Positions 13,887 to 25,358 of a DNA stretch of 64,000 nucleotides are shown in pieces. The stretch is from Rhizodiscina lignyota. Its lineage: Eukaryota. The notes beneath the pieces are model-generated. The model saw only the letters and a list, made by a program, of their open reading frames with translations. It did not search any database and had not been told where the DNA came from. Every line of letters begins with the position of its first letter. Position 1 is the stretch's first letter. A program made the translations under genes and the position numbers. The stretch spans positions 186,001 to 250,000 of the forward strand of contig ML978140.1 in the NCBI GenBank assembly GCA_010015805.1, read 5' to 3'.

Positions 13887-14537
13887 AATACATTCATGTA
13901 TTCGCGTCAATCATCGTACATGCGAGAGGTTTCCGGCCACATACTGGACTCATTTTCGATTGTACACATCTTGCGAGGTTCGCGGTGACTGTCGCCCTTG
14001 TGCTGGTGCGCCGTGCAATCCCGGCCTCAGCCTCGGGTCTCTGTCACCCTCACTGATTTGCGGTGTTCGGGCCGATGATCTCGGGCCGTCTCCTGCACAG
14101 CACGTGAGCTTGGCCTGCGACGGGAAAACGACGACTTGCGAATTATTCTTCCTGTCCATGTCGCACTTGAACAAATTTGACTAGGTTAAGGGTGATGGTC
14201 ACTAGACCGAGTTATTTGGCAGTTTGCTTCGTTGCCTTATTCGACAAAACCGCGCATGGCATCTGCACAGCCCGCACATCAACTCTCCAAGTCGAAGCAC
14301 TTGCTTCTATGGTTGCGGACGATGTGTTCGATTACCACAGGGGTGTGCTCACTTTGTTTTACGCCAACTTGTGACGATGGCCGAGTCCTCTCTTATCACT
14401 GCGTTCCATGCACATTTTACATGACCTCAAATGGCGTAAAGCCCGAGTGCTATGTCTATTGCATTTATCGATCCTATTACAACTTCAAGTTCTTCGTAGC
14501 TTCTCTATACTCACTCGGCTCAAACTAGGACTAGAGT

Positions 14538-15717
14538 CTATTCGACTCCCGCTATCATGACTTTAAAAACGCCTTCCTTTGATGCTTTAACTAACTCGAA
14601 TGCCTGCTCGGCCTCTTCGAATCTGAAGCGGTTCGTAATCAAACGCTTGACGTCAATTTTGCCAGACGCAATAAGATCCACGGCGGAGGGATAACATCCT
14701 GTAGTGTATCGTATGGATCCCTTGATTGTTAAAGCTCGAATGCAAGCAGTCGTTATTGGGAAGACAATGTTCTGTTATTGTTGTCAGCATCCAGCCGGAG
14801 GTCCCAGGAAATATGAATACATACTTCCTTGCCCATTCCGGCTTGTACGTATGTGCCACCTTTCCGGGCCGCGAAGACTCCTGCTTGAATGCAAGGCTCT
14901 GCACCAGTGCATTCAAGCACAACATCCGCACCGTCACCGAGCCCACATTTCTCCTTTATCATCGCTGCGATCTTCTCCGAAGCCTCGACGGGATCGCCTT
15001 CTAACCGCGGCGGAAGGAAGATTTCGTCTGCACCGTAGCTTTTCGCAAACTCAAGCCGCGACTGCGAAATGTCTACACCAACGACCTTTTTCGCCCCGTA
15101 CACTTTCGCAACAGCTTGGCAGAGTACTCCGATCGGCCCTGCTCCAAAAACGAGGACAGTTTGGTTTGCTCTTAGATCAGCGACCTTGCAGATCTGGACG
15201 GCGACCGCAGTAGGCTCAACCATGGCTCCCTCCTCGAAGTCCATTTGATCCGGCAACTTGTAGCAATAGTCAGATGCAACAGGGTAAAACTTCTGCAACG
15301 TGCCATCCCATGGAGGTGTAGCGGCGAAGACTGTGTCCGCACAGAGGTTGTATGCACCCTGTCTGCAATAGTCGCAGCGTCTGCATGGGACGCCAGGCTC
15401 GATCGTTACACGATCTCCTACCTTCAAGTTCTTGACAGCAGGCCCAACTTCCGCAACTGTGCCAGAGCTTTCATGACCCAGAATAATGGGGGAGTTGAGA
15501 ATGAAGTCGCCGATTCTGCCGCGCTGCCAGTAGTGTACGTCGCTCCCGCAGATGCCGGTTTGGGCGACGTGAACTAGAACATCATGATCCGAGCGTAATT
15601 TCGGAACGCCTCGTTGTTCGATAGCAACGTCTTTTACTTTGCGCAATACGAATGCAGGGTTCTGTGGGTGGATTAGCTCTGCATATAATGTGTGTTTGAG
15701 ACTGTCCTCACTGCCAT
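14538..15717 (-). CDS. Zn-dependent polyol dehydrogenase (sorbitol/xylitol dehydrogenase, SdhA/XdhA-like), 3 exons
   Basis: Spliced MA|NPAFVLRKVKDVAIE, TGICGSDVHYW, GHESSG, structural Zn CRRCDYC..YNLC, GAGPIG. Last exon NIVFPITTACIRALTIKGSIRYTTGCYPSAVDLIASGKIDVKRLITNRF...VMIAGVE*. 6-nt first exon; intron 15662-15711. Confidence 0.92.
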
Positions 15718-16071
15718 GTTGAGATCCTGTATAGTAGCTGAAGAGGTACGGTATGTAATGATTGAAATTGAAATGATATCATGAGCAAAAAGGTTTATTT
15801 GGTTCTTGTACGGAATAGAGGAGAAATATTGATAGTTGTTACTACTGGGTCGATGGACTCCTACCGCCGCTCGTGCCCGGATTTTGGACCCCTCACTCCG
15901 TGGGCGGAAGCTCCACACCTCGACCTCCCAGCTGTCAAGAACATTAGGAAGCAGGCCAAATTTTAAAGTTGAGCGGAGGGAGCCCGTTAGCATCAACCAT
16001 TTGCCATTGGAGATTCTGAAGAAGCTCTGCATGGAACATTCATATCACGCAAGTCGTTGAAACGCAAAGCC

Positions 16072-16770
16072 ATGGACTCTGCATGTCGAATGCTGGCTTC
16101 ACGTGCCATTGACAGATACAACGCACTCCAGCAGATCTCAGAAAAACCGCGGCGGCTCCTCATCGCATTAGCAGGAGTTCCAGGATCTGGAAAGACCACA
16201 ATTGCGAAAAAGATTGCTGCCATCATCGCTACTCAAAACGCCTCATCTCGCTCGCCGCGCGTTGTGGTTGTTGGCATGGATGGCTTTCACTTATCCCGCG
16301 CTGTCCTCGACAAGATGCCGAACCGAGAAGAAGCATATATCAGAAGAGGTGCACCATGGACATTTGACGCGGAAGCCGCAGTTGCGCTAGTCAGGAGGTG
16401 CAGGAGCAGCATTGACGAAGAAATCCTCGCCCCAAGCTTCGATCATGCGGTGAAGGATCCGGTGGACGGAGGAGTGGTTATTCCAGCAGGAACGGAGATC
16501 GTATTATTTGAAGGCCTCTATCTGCTGCTTGACACGGGACCATGGTCTCCCATTGGGGATCTCGTTGATGAGAGATGGTTCGTGGACGTAGATCCCGCGA
16601 TAGCAAAGGAGCGCGTCGCTGCAAGACACGTTGCCTCAGGAATCGAACCCGATCTGGAGAGTGGAAGACGGAGGGTTGAGACCAACGATGAAATAAATGG
16701 GAGATTCATCACCGAGCACAGCAAGAAACGGGACGCTATGATTAAGAGCGTTGAGGAGTATGTCCGATAA
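16072..16770 (+). CDS. P-loop kinase of the phosphoribulokinase/uridine kinase family (Yfh7/YggC/FrcK-like)
   Basis: Walker A AGVPGSGKTT, MDGFHLSR, RRGAPWTFD, PSFDHAVKDP, EGLYLLL, VAARHVASGI. Confidence 0.88.
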   Translation: MDSACRMLASRAIDRYNALQQISEKPRRLLIALAGVPGSGKTTIAKKIAAIIATQNASSRSPRVVVVGMDGFHLSRAVLDKMPNREEAYIRRGAPWTFDAEAAVALVRRCRSSIDEEILAPSFDHAVKDPVDGGVVIPAGTEIVLFEGLYLLLDTGPWSPIGDLVDERWFVDVDPAIAKERVAARHVASGIEPDLESGRRRVETNDEINGRFITEHSKKRDAMIKSVEEYVR

Positions 16771-16997
16771 GTATCTCATGAACGACACGTATACTGGGAT
16801 ATTGGCATCTCTGTGCTCCTGAGCCGCATTTCTCTTCCGCGCTTCCGCCGCCATGCTCGATCCTGTGAAGGAAGGATGGGAATCACGTTATGAACGGCGG
16901 CGCTCTCTTGCGGATGAGTCTCGACTTTCAACAGCTTTGGCCCGCAAAACCATACCCTCGGGCATAGTCTGTATTGCAAACGGATGTTTCCTTTTAT

Positions 16998-18604
16998 TCA
17001 TACATATCCTTGAGACCTATTGTACGAGTCCAAATCGAACGCTTGGTCGACACGAATGCCCGGTCTCGGCGGAGCCTTAGTGTTGCTATCGAAATCTTGC
17101 AACGGAAGAAAGTTGTCCTTCCCCATTATTGACAGTCGCGATGCGGAAGTGCTAACTCCGCTCGACTTTGTTCGGTTCTTACTCGAATATGCCTTTGTTG
17201 ATGCTATTGTAAAATTTGGGAAGAAGTATATGACGAGAGCGCGAAGGGAGGGACAGCATGCTATGATTATAGATAGTTGCACTTCAATGGTACTCCAATA
17301 ACCGATCGGAACGTAATCCCCTGCGAAGTGTCAGTCCTGGCAGAGCGCTTCGTGGAAAAGCACGTACATGTCACGTTCTGCGTGTTAGCGAACTGCGCGA
17401 TGTACTTGATTCGCAAGCAGCTGATGATGGTCACACTGTGAAATGGTCAGCGAAGCGCCGATGGAGCGGATTGTGGTACCGACAAGAATCCAAGTGCGAA
17501 AACGAGAAGGAGCGGTATCTTCTTTCCCCATGACAGCTGCAGCTTCGCGATCTGGGGCAGAGGCAGGATGATTGTCAAAAGGTCCAGCGCAATGTTGCAA
17601 GCAGCAGCGCTCCAGCCAATCGCGTTGGCATCGACACAGGTCCCTGAATGCTCACCATCCCATTTCTTCCATGCGAAGTTAATGGGTTTACACTGGAATA
17701 TAAGGGCGAAATCGAAACCGATAATATAGGCGGCGTCGCAAGCCATCAACATATATACCATATACCGAAAGTTTCGTGTGCTGAAGATCCTCAGGTAGAA
17801 GAACAAGATCGAGATCTTCGTCAACGCCAATGAACTGATATACATCGGTTCATCAAAATAGTATATCTGCATTGTGTCAGGGCACAAGAGTTGAAAGGTC
17901 CGAATATCCTACTCACGTAGAGAATGTCTGTTATCTTGTCAAACGGCACAGTCCAAATATCTTTTCCGAGGCCGTCTCGTGCCACTGCGTGTTCATAAGC
18001 GTTCCGAGGCCCCCGTTTCAATAAGGACCAATCGACTTACAGAATTCTGACAGGACAGACAGCGGGATCATTACCGCCTGAGCATGTTAGCAATCATTCT
18101 TGACAAGAGAACAAAATATCGTACCGTAGAGGCAATGATCATGACATCATCCATACCAAACTTTCCCCCGAAATGTGGTAGTCGTTGTATAAGCCTCAAC
18201 AGTACGGCGGTGAGAGCGAGGATGGCACCTCCGATTGCTGTCCAGTTGATCGCACGTGTCATGTCTCGGATGGGTGCCATGCAAGCTGTTGTGGTGAAGT
18301 TCTGAGTAGTCAGAGCTTCCTTTATGGTGCAGTTCGTAGAGACACAGAATTCCATTTGCTTGAGGAAAGGTTGATCAGTGCAAATGCACGCCAAATCATC
18401 TGGTTTACAACTGGATTCGGAAAGCGCTGTTGCAAGGCATTCGATCTGAATACGTCAACCATGACCCTTAATGCCTGATGAATGATAACTTACAGCACAA
18501 GAAGGGAGCGCTCGTTCGGGTGTTTCAACGAGACCTGCAAAGACTCCATTGAGAGCCTGAATAGCTACAAGAGCTCCAAACAGTAACCCAATCCCGAACC
18601 TCAT
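16998..18604 (-). CDS. CFEM-domain PTH11-like integral membrane receptor, multi-exon
   Basis: Signal peptide MRFGIGLLFGALVAIQALNGVFA; 8-Cys CFEM (PSCA|IECL..SSC..DLACICTD..FCVSTNC..TTAC); PTH11 motifs FGMDD, GLGKDIW, TKISILFFYLRIF, FQCKPINFAW, IACCPSLR. Confidence 0.9.
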
Positions 18605-21194
18605 GACGACAGACTTGTTGAGAAACTCTCATGAGCGTTTTCTTCCGAAATCAACCTTAGAAGCCGTAGTGAACAGGAACACCTTGCGAGGCCGTCTAAA
18701 CATTCGCAAAAAGAGCAAATTCTGACATGATAGAATTAAATTGACATATATCGGAACGTGCCAAGGAAAGCTGGGGAATCATTCGGAGACTTCAACCTTA
18801 GTTCCAGTCCTAGGTGCATATCCACCATCAAGGATTGGCATGCTCAAGGTCACGACCCACAAAAGGCAAGCACAGCGGGACGAGAAAACGACATTGACAA
18901 CGTCCCCAGTGCATCAGCCAGTCGCATATGGCTGCCGACATCGCTTGAGGAACCAGTCTGGCTAACAACATCATACGGCGATTCCAAATTCGGATGAATA
19001 GTACGGCTTGACAGGTGGTAAGGGGGCTGACTCAAGACTATCGGTTTATCCGAAAGGTCACTGCCTAAGGAAAGCAAGAATTTGCGAAGCCATCATTTTA
19101 CCTAGCTGCAACTCTTGAAGGCCCAGTATCGTACTCTTCTGTGACAAAGGCCAATTAAAGACTCGGGGGTATCTGTTCTTCCGCGGTTGGCGGCACGGGA
19201 GCAGTGCCTTTCTGAGAAAGAAAAGCTTCCTGATCGCGGAGATGGGTCAAAGCTGGCGTTCCGATTCAGAAAAGATCTGTCCAACCAAGCTGATCGAGTC
19301 ATTGCGCCGTACAACAACAAAGAAAATTGAACCTGCGCGTTTCAAAATGGCCAGCATAGACCTTGGCATAGACCTGGTGTCGCGTGAAACCACGATCTGT
19401 CGGGTAAAGCTCCCGCACTTGCAGAAGCGACCGTTGGGCTGGCGCGAGTCTCCACAATGCTTATCGTCAAACTCCATATTGCCGGGACTAGAGTTTGAGT
19501 CGAATAGTAATTGTTTCAGACATTTCCGGCGTGTGATGTTGGAATCCAGGTGGTCAGCAAGACGGCAAGGGCAAGACGGCAAGACTCCTGCTCGTCAGCG
19601 TCGCAAGTCTGGGCGTTCGGAACAATCATTGTTCCTTGCTGTTCTTGCTCTTTGCGGCTATCCTAGAGGTTGAGAGAGGAGGATCGAATAAGTTCTCATT
19701 ATCAACTGCCCGTGCTGCCCTACGGAGTACGTAGCAACAATTCTTTGTATACGAATTCCACTGAGCAGCTACCTTTGATCTTTACTACCTCAACAAGTCG
19801 TATCAAAGGCCTGCAAGGCAAATGAATGATATGAGCATAGAGGCCGCCCCGTCAACAGGGAGCGCTGCAAGGCTCGCGGTACCTGACAGCTCATTGCCTG
19901 TTCCTGGAAGGTATTCCCAGTCCTGGATTGGAATCATGCAGACTTCAAAATTTCCGTCGTGTTTTTCATTTGTGTCCATAATTGTCTCCAGTGTGGCCAT
20001 CACGGGATTGATCGACTCTTAATTCTCTCCGGTGCTTCTAGATTCCTTCCCACGCAACCTCTGACGCTCTCAGCGTCTCCTCGCTTAACCAAATTACCAG
20101 GAATACTGGTAGAGACGAGTCTAGTTGTACTCACTCACAGTCTCGGCTCTGCAATGGGCTCATTGAGTGATCGCTTAATAGTCACGTAAAGGTGGCTTGC
20201 ATTTCGGTTGCGTACATTCTACTCTTGTGTCCTCCTGCATGCCCCATTTCGCGTGTCATCCGCATCGCGGTTCATAGGGCGAAGAGGCCCTTGCCAGTCA
20301 TATCGATTGCAAATCCACGATTTTCAGCATCCGATCAACAAGACAGCAGCTTGCTCTTTCTTGTTCCCTAACTCAGTGAAAACCCAATGCGGACAATTCA
20401 ATTCAAGTTCTCGTGTATGCCATTTGTTGAAGCGCCTTTCACACCCAGTACGGGTAATGATGACACTTCCTTCAACCATGTTATAAATATAATGATAGCA
20501 ATGCCTCACTTCGCGGCTTGCCGACCCTCTTATATGTAAAGCCCTAGTGAGAAACACTAACTTCATTGGTAACAGTTGCGAATATCATTGTTCGTTTCGC
20601 TTATGTACGGTGAGAAAACGTGGCGTTCGTATCGACCAAATATCTGGATAATCGCCCCCTTCGCAGCAGACGTTGATTCTAGCCCAAATGTCGGAATCCA
20701 AAACACCCTGGTTGTGTCAATATGAATTCAGGTGAGCAAATGGCTTAATATGCTTCCATCCTTGATATTGATACAACATAAACGAAGCCCGTTCTCTTCA
20801 CTAATCTGAAATTGAGAGGATAAGCGAATATTTAAGTGCGTTCTATACGCTAACTCCTGTGAACGACAATATTCGCCATTTCTCTAGATACCTTTGCGAG
20901 ATTGGACTGCTTTTGAATTACTTCTATTCGCCGCCGCACTCGGATGTACTGCGGAACCAGGATTTAGAAGCGAGGTCGGAAGAGCAAGAGTAAGCTCACG
21001 CCAACTGCACTCCATTAACGCACGTAATTCGAGTGAAATCTTACAAACAGGAAAGCTAGGGGAACAGAAGTGGGACAGAAGGTATAGTCTCACACGTCAC
21101 AGGAAGAATGGTCGAGGGTTTGGAATTCAACAGTTGGATTTCGGGGGTTTATTACCCGATTCGGACGACTCGCTCCGCAACCGCTGAAATTTGA

Positions 21195-22539
21195 TCAACC
21201 AGAAGTAGCGTCAATCAAAATCTTGACATGTTTGTCTTTTTGCATAAGTAGCGTCTCAAATCCATCAATCACTGCATCTTTGAGCGACACCTTCCCAGTA
21301 ATCATCTTTTCAGGATTTTTGATCTTTCCTATTAAGCGCAAATCAGCACTGATCAGAGGCGACTTTTTAGTGCACAGGATCATCCTTACCTGATGCAATG
21401 GCATCAATGACTTCCTGAAACTCGCCTCTCGTATAGATGTTGGAGCCAACATATGTGATCGACCTTCTGTTGATTATATTTGGTGTCTTGATTACCAGCG
21501 GAGTCTCGAATATGGCAATGTTTACGATCTTCCCTTTGCCTCGGACACATGCAAGTGCCGTATCAAAAGCAACCTGTACGCCGGCACAGTCGAAGACGGC
21601 GTGGAAACCTCGTCCATCACCGATTTGCTTGCTCAATTCAAGAACGTCTTCGGTCATGGGGTTCAGCACATGCGCTGCGCCTGCATTCTTCGCATGTTCG
21701 GCCCTTGAAGGCGACGGCTCAGTGACTGTAACGGAGGTTATGCCATGAGCTAAGAGGCAGTGAACGACTGCTATGCCGATGGGACCTATATCGAATCAGA
21801 AACAAACTCTCCTTGACTGAGCATTGAGGCCTACCTGCGCCAACAACCAACGCATCCGCATCGGGACCCAAGTCGGCCACCTTCACTGCATGCCATGCAA
21901 CTGCTAAGGGCTCTACTAGTGCAGCGACGTCGAGAGGCATGTTGTCCGGAATTATGTGGATAGCTTCGCGCTCAACGCAGACATACTCTGCCATTCCGCC
22001 GCCGTATCCACTGTACCCAAGGAATCCCCATTTTGGGCAAAGTCCATATGTGTCTTGAGAGCACCAGTAACAACTGCCGTCAGTGAGGACTGGGAAGACT
22101 GCTACTTTTTGGCCAACTTTGAGATCTGTGACACCTGGGCCTAGTTCAGCAATCGTACCAGAGAATTCGTGGCCTGCAAGACTGTTAATCGACATTTGAT
22201 TGTGTCTCGCTTCATCCGTAGAGCGGAGATTTTGACTCACCCAAGACCGACGGAACAGTTTCCTTAGTGAGGGCGTGAGGTTCTATTGGCACATTCTTTG
22301 GGCCAACAGTGTATTCGTGTAAATCTGTCCCGAACATGACGGATCAACGGTTAGCCATTAATGGATATTCTTGACCTTAGGGAGAAATTGAAGAGCTGGG
22401 AGAAGTTGCATGCTCACTCACCAGAGCCGCATATGCCAGCCCAAGCGTTTTTGACCTTCACCCATCCGGGCCTCAATTCGGGCTCGGGTATCTCATCAAT
22501 GCGAAGGTCTTTGTTGCCGTGCCAGCGTAAGGCGCGCAT
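21195..22539 (-). CDS. Zn-dependent MDR dehydrogenase, (R,R)-2,3-butanediol dehydrogenase-like, multi-exon
   Basis: MRALRWHGNKDLRIDEIPEP..AWAGICGS|DLHEY, GHEFSG, DGSCYWC..GLC, ALVEPLAVAWHAV, GAGPIG, FDCAGV, KHVKILID. Confidence 0.88.
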
Positions 22540-23596
22540 CGTGAATTCAAACTCAGGGCGTGTGGAAAGCGATTTCGAGATTCGCTTCCAGAAATGGTGA
22601 GGATTAATCAAAGAAAACGATGAAAAGGGACTATGAGAGGCGTCTACTATTCCTTGTCTCTCAAATGCAAGACCATCGCTCCAGAAAGCACGTAAAGGTT
22701 CTCAACTTGATGTTTGCTAAGAGAATCATCCTCGGGTCTGCCCCGCCGGGATGTGTCGGCCGTTAACTTTGGGATATTCTTTCACGGAAGTCAATCCCAC
22801 CGCAGGAGAACCGAAAGTCGTCACAATATCCTCTTGGATACCATGCCGTCGCAACTGATGACGTTGAACGCATTAATTGACTTTCACGGAGTTCGGTTTA
22901 CTCCTTCTCCTTCTCGTTATGTACGCAAGACGCTCCCTGAGTCACAAACCTGTTCCAGGGCTGTGCAAGTGGCTGCCAGGGCTGCTTCACAGCAGCAACG
23001 CACGACATGTTGGATACGGCCGGAGGGTGTCCAAATTTGCAGCGATCGAGGAATGGAGTGCATACGGGCTTTGTGGTCCTCCAGATCAGTGGGAATTTTA
23101 AGGTTGTGAGTGAGAAGAGTTGGTCCTTTTCAATCACGTCAAAGAGAGTCGGCCAGGATTTCTGCCGCGCGTGCAAGGGCTCGGGCCCGACAGGGTTATT
23201 TGTGTCAAGCCACCAATTTCTTTCTATCGCACACCTCTGGATTGATTTGCTCGTGGTACTGTACCTCTTCCCCATGAAGAATCCATCCTATCCTTCAAGA
23301 ATCCTCCACCGGAGGCGGTCCAATTGATGATTAGGAGCAAACAAGGACATGATGCAGCCTGACTCGAGCACACCATCGAGAAGCAGAGGGCGATATTAAT
23401 AATTGTTCCGAAATGAGAGGATCCTATATATGTTCTTGAAGTATTTATTTGGTGGTTCAATATGGCATTTCTTTGCGTTTCGATTCATCTCAACTCAAGC
23501 AATTCATATCCAAATCGGAAATCACACCGTGTCTCTAGACTGCAACGAATATCGTATCCTTAAAAACTCGGGAGTCACGATCAGTCCATCTTCAAA

Positions 23597-24706
23597 ATGC
23601 CTTCAAACAAAGCCGCATATCTAGAAAAGGTGCATGTGTCGCCTTTCCAAGTGAGGGACGCGCCATATACTTCTCCAGGCCCAAAGGAAATTGTCATTCG
23701 AAATCGAGCCGTGGCCATCAACCCTATCGACTGGATTCTGCAAGACAAGGGCGACTTGACGTTCACATGGATCAAACACCCATTTGTGCTCGGGAGCGAC
23801 ACGGCCGGTGAAGTCGTTGAAGTCGGTTCTGGAATCACTCGTTTCCAGGTCGGCGACCGCGTCTGCGGGCTTGCGCTTGCAACGGACAAGCACTACAATC
23901 GTAGTGCCGAAGGGGCCTTCCAACTTTACACCATACTTCAAGATAACATGGCATCGCCCGTCCCGGCTACCATGTCTTATGAAGAGGCCAGCGTGATTCC
24001 ATTGGGCTTGTCTACTGCCGCGTGCGCACTCTTCCAGCGCGATGTGCTCGGACTACAGCACCCCAAGGTCCCAACACCGCAGCCCACTGGAAAGACCCTT
24101 CTCGTCTGGGGTGGTTCGACCAGTGTAGGCTGTAATGCAATTCAGCTCGCAGTCGCCGCTGGGTACGACGTCATAACCACTTCATCGCCACGGAATTTCG
24201 AGCTGGTCAAGAAGCTAGGTGCCACCGAGGCGTTCGATTACAACAGCCCAACCGTGGTAAACGACATTGTAAAGGCATTTGAGGGCAGAACTTCAGCGGG
24301 TGCCCTTGCGCTCGGCAAAGGATCGGCAGATGCTTGTATCGACATCCTGAGCAGGTGTAAGGGAGACAAGTTTGTCGCTATGGCCACCTTTCCGCTACCT
24401 GATCCGGAACCAACACGATTAGTCCTTTTGCAGACCATCATTTACTTCGTCTCGGCGAACATTCGGCTGAGCATCAAGTCCGCTCTCAAGGGGATCAAGA
24501 CGAAATTCATCAACGGGAGCGATCTCGCGCAGAATGAGGTTGGAAAGGCGATGTTCGAGGACTTTTTGCCGCACGCTTTGGCCAACAACTCTTATATCTG
24601 CGCTCCGGAGCCACAGGTATTCGGAAGCGGTCTTGAAATGCTCCAGGCTGCCTGCGATCTGCAGAAGAAGGGTGTGTCAGCCAAGAAGATTGTCGTCACT
24701 TTATAA
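23597..24706 (+). CDS. Zn-independent MDR oxidoreductase (CipB/ToxD/trans-enoyl-reductase-like), intronless
   Basis: AVAINPIDW, LGSDTAGEVVEVG, EGAFQLY, LVWGGSTSVGCNAIQLA, FDYNS, GVSAKKIVVTL. Confidence 0.88.
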   Translation: MPSNKAAYLEKVHVSPFQVRDAPYTSPGPKEIVIRNRAVAINPIDWILQDKGDLTFTWIKHPFVLGSDTAGEVVEVGSGITRFQVGDRVCGLALATDKHYNRSAEGAFQLYTILQDNMASPVPATMSYEEASVIPLGLSTAACALFQRDVLGLQHPKVPTPQPTGKTLLVWGGSTSVGCNAIQLAVAAGYDVITTSSPRNFELVKKLGATEAFDYNSPTVVNDIVKAFEGRTSAGALALGKGSADACIDILSRCKGDKFVAMATFPLPDPEPTRLVLLQTIIYFVSANIRLSIKSALKGIKTKFINGSDLAQNEVGKAMFEDFLPHALANNSYICAPEPQVFGSGLEMLQAACDLQKKGVSAKKIVVTL

Positions 24707-25358
24707 GGCGATACACTTTGTAGGGGATTGAATCTTTTTTTTTTCCACATTTCAAGCACTGGCAGTTTCTCTGTACAACATTGTAGCACTCCAGGATAGA
24801 TGGCTAGTTAATGATAATGTCCGCTTTGCGTAGCTCAACACTTGGTCAGTCGCTTATTTGAATTGAGACGGTGAGACTGAGATCAACACTGTCACACCGC
24901 CGGAGAGGCAAGCGCTTATGAGCGGCCTAGACGTGGTTCCGTAGTGCTGGATACGATGCTTGCCGTTGAGGAGAATGCGCGATTTTTTGACAATGACATG
25001 TGAAGCTAAACCAATTTCACCATCGTTCGCACGTGCTCGCTATCGGTAGGCGTGTGGCGCATTCCAACCCAGCCAACCACCTTCTTTCCCATCAGCACAT
25101 CACCGGCCCATAATCATGTCACGTCCTCTCGCGTGGTCGAGACTTATCGCTGCCTTGCAGTTGCATATAGTTAATTACTTCTCTGGACACTCATGCTCTT
25201 TCTTTGTTCAATTCAACCTCCAACTTCTTCCTGCGTCCAATTCAACTTTCCCAATGTTCGCCCTGACGATCGACTGCTAACATTTGTGGGCTTTGTTCCG
25301 CAGGCTCGGAGCTCTCAATTGACAATTTTACATTCCGATCGACCTGACAAACACCATC

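Noticed and set aside
18605..21194. Short ORFs in the 2.6-kb spacer upstream of the CFEM receptor
   Set aside because: No motifs, splice model or consistent strand; probably a long promoter region.
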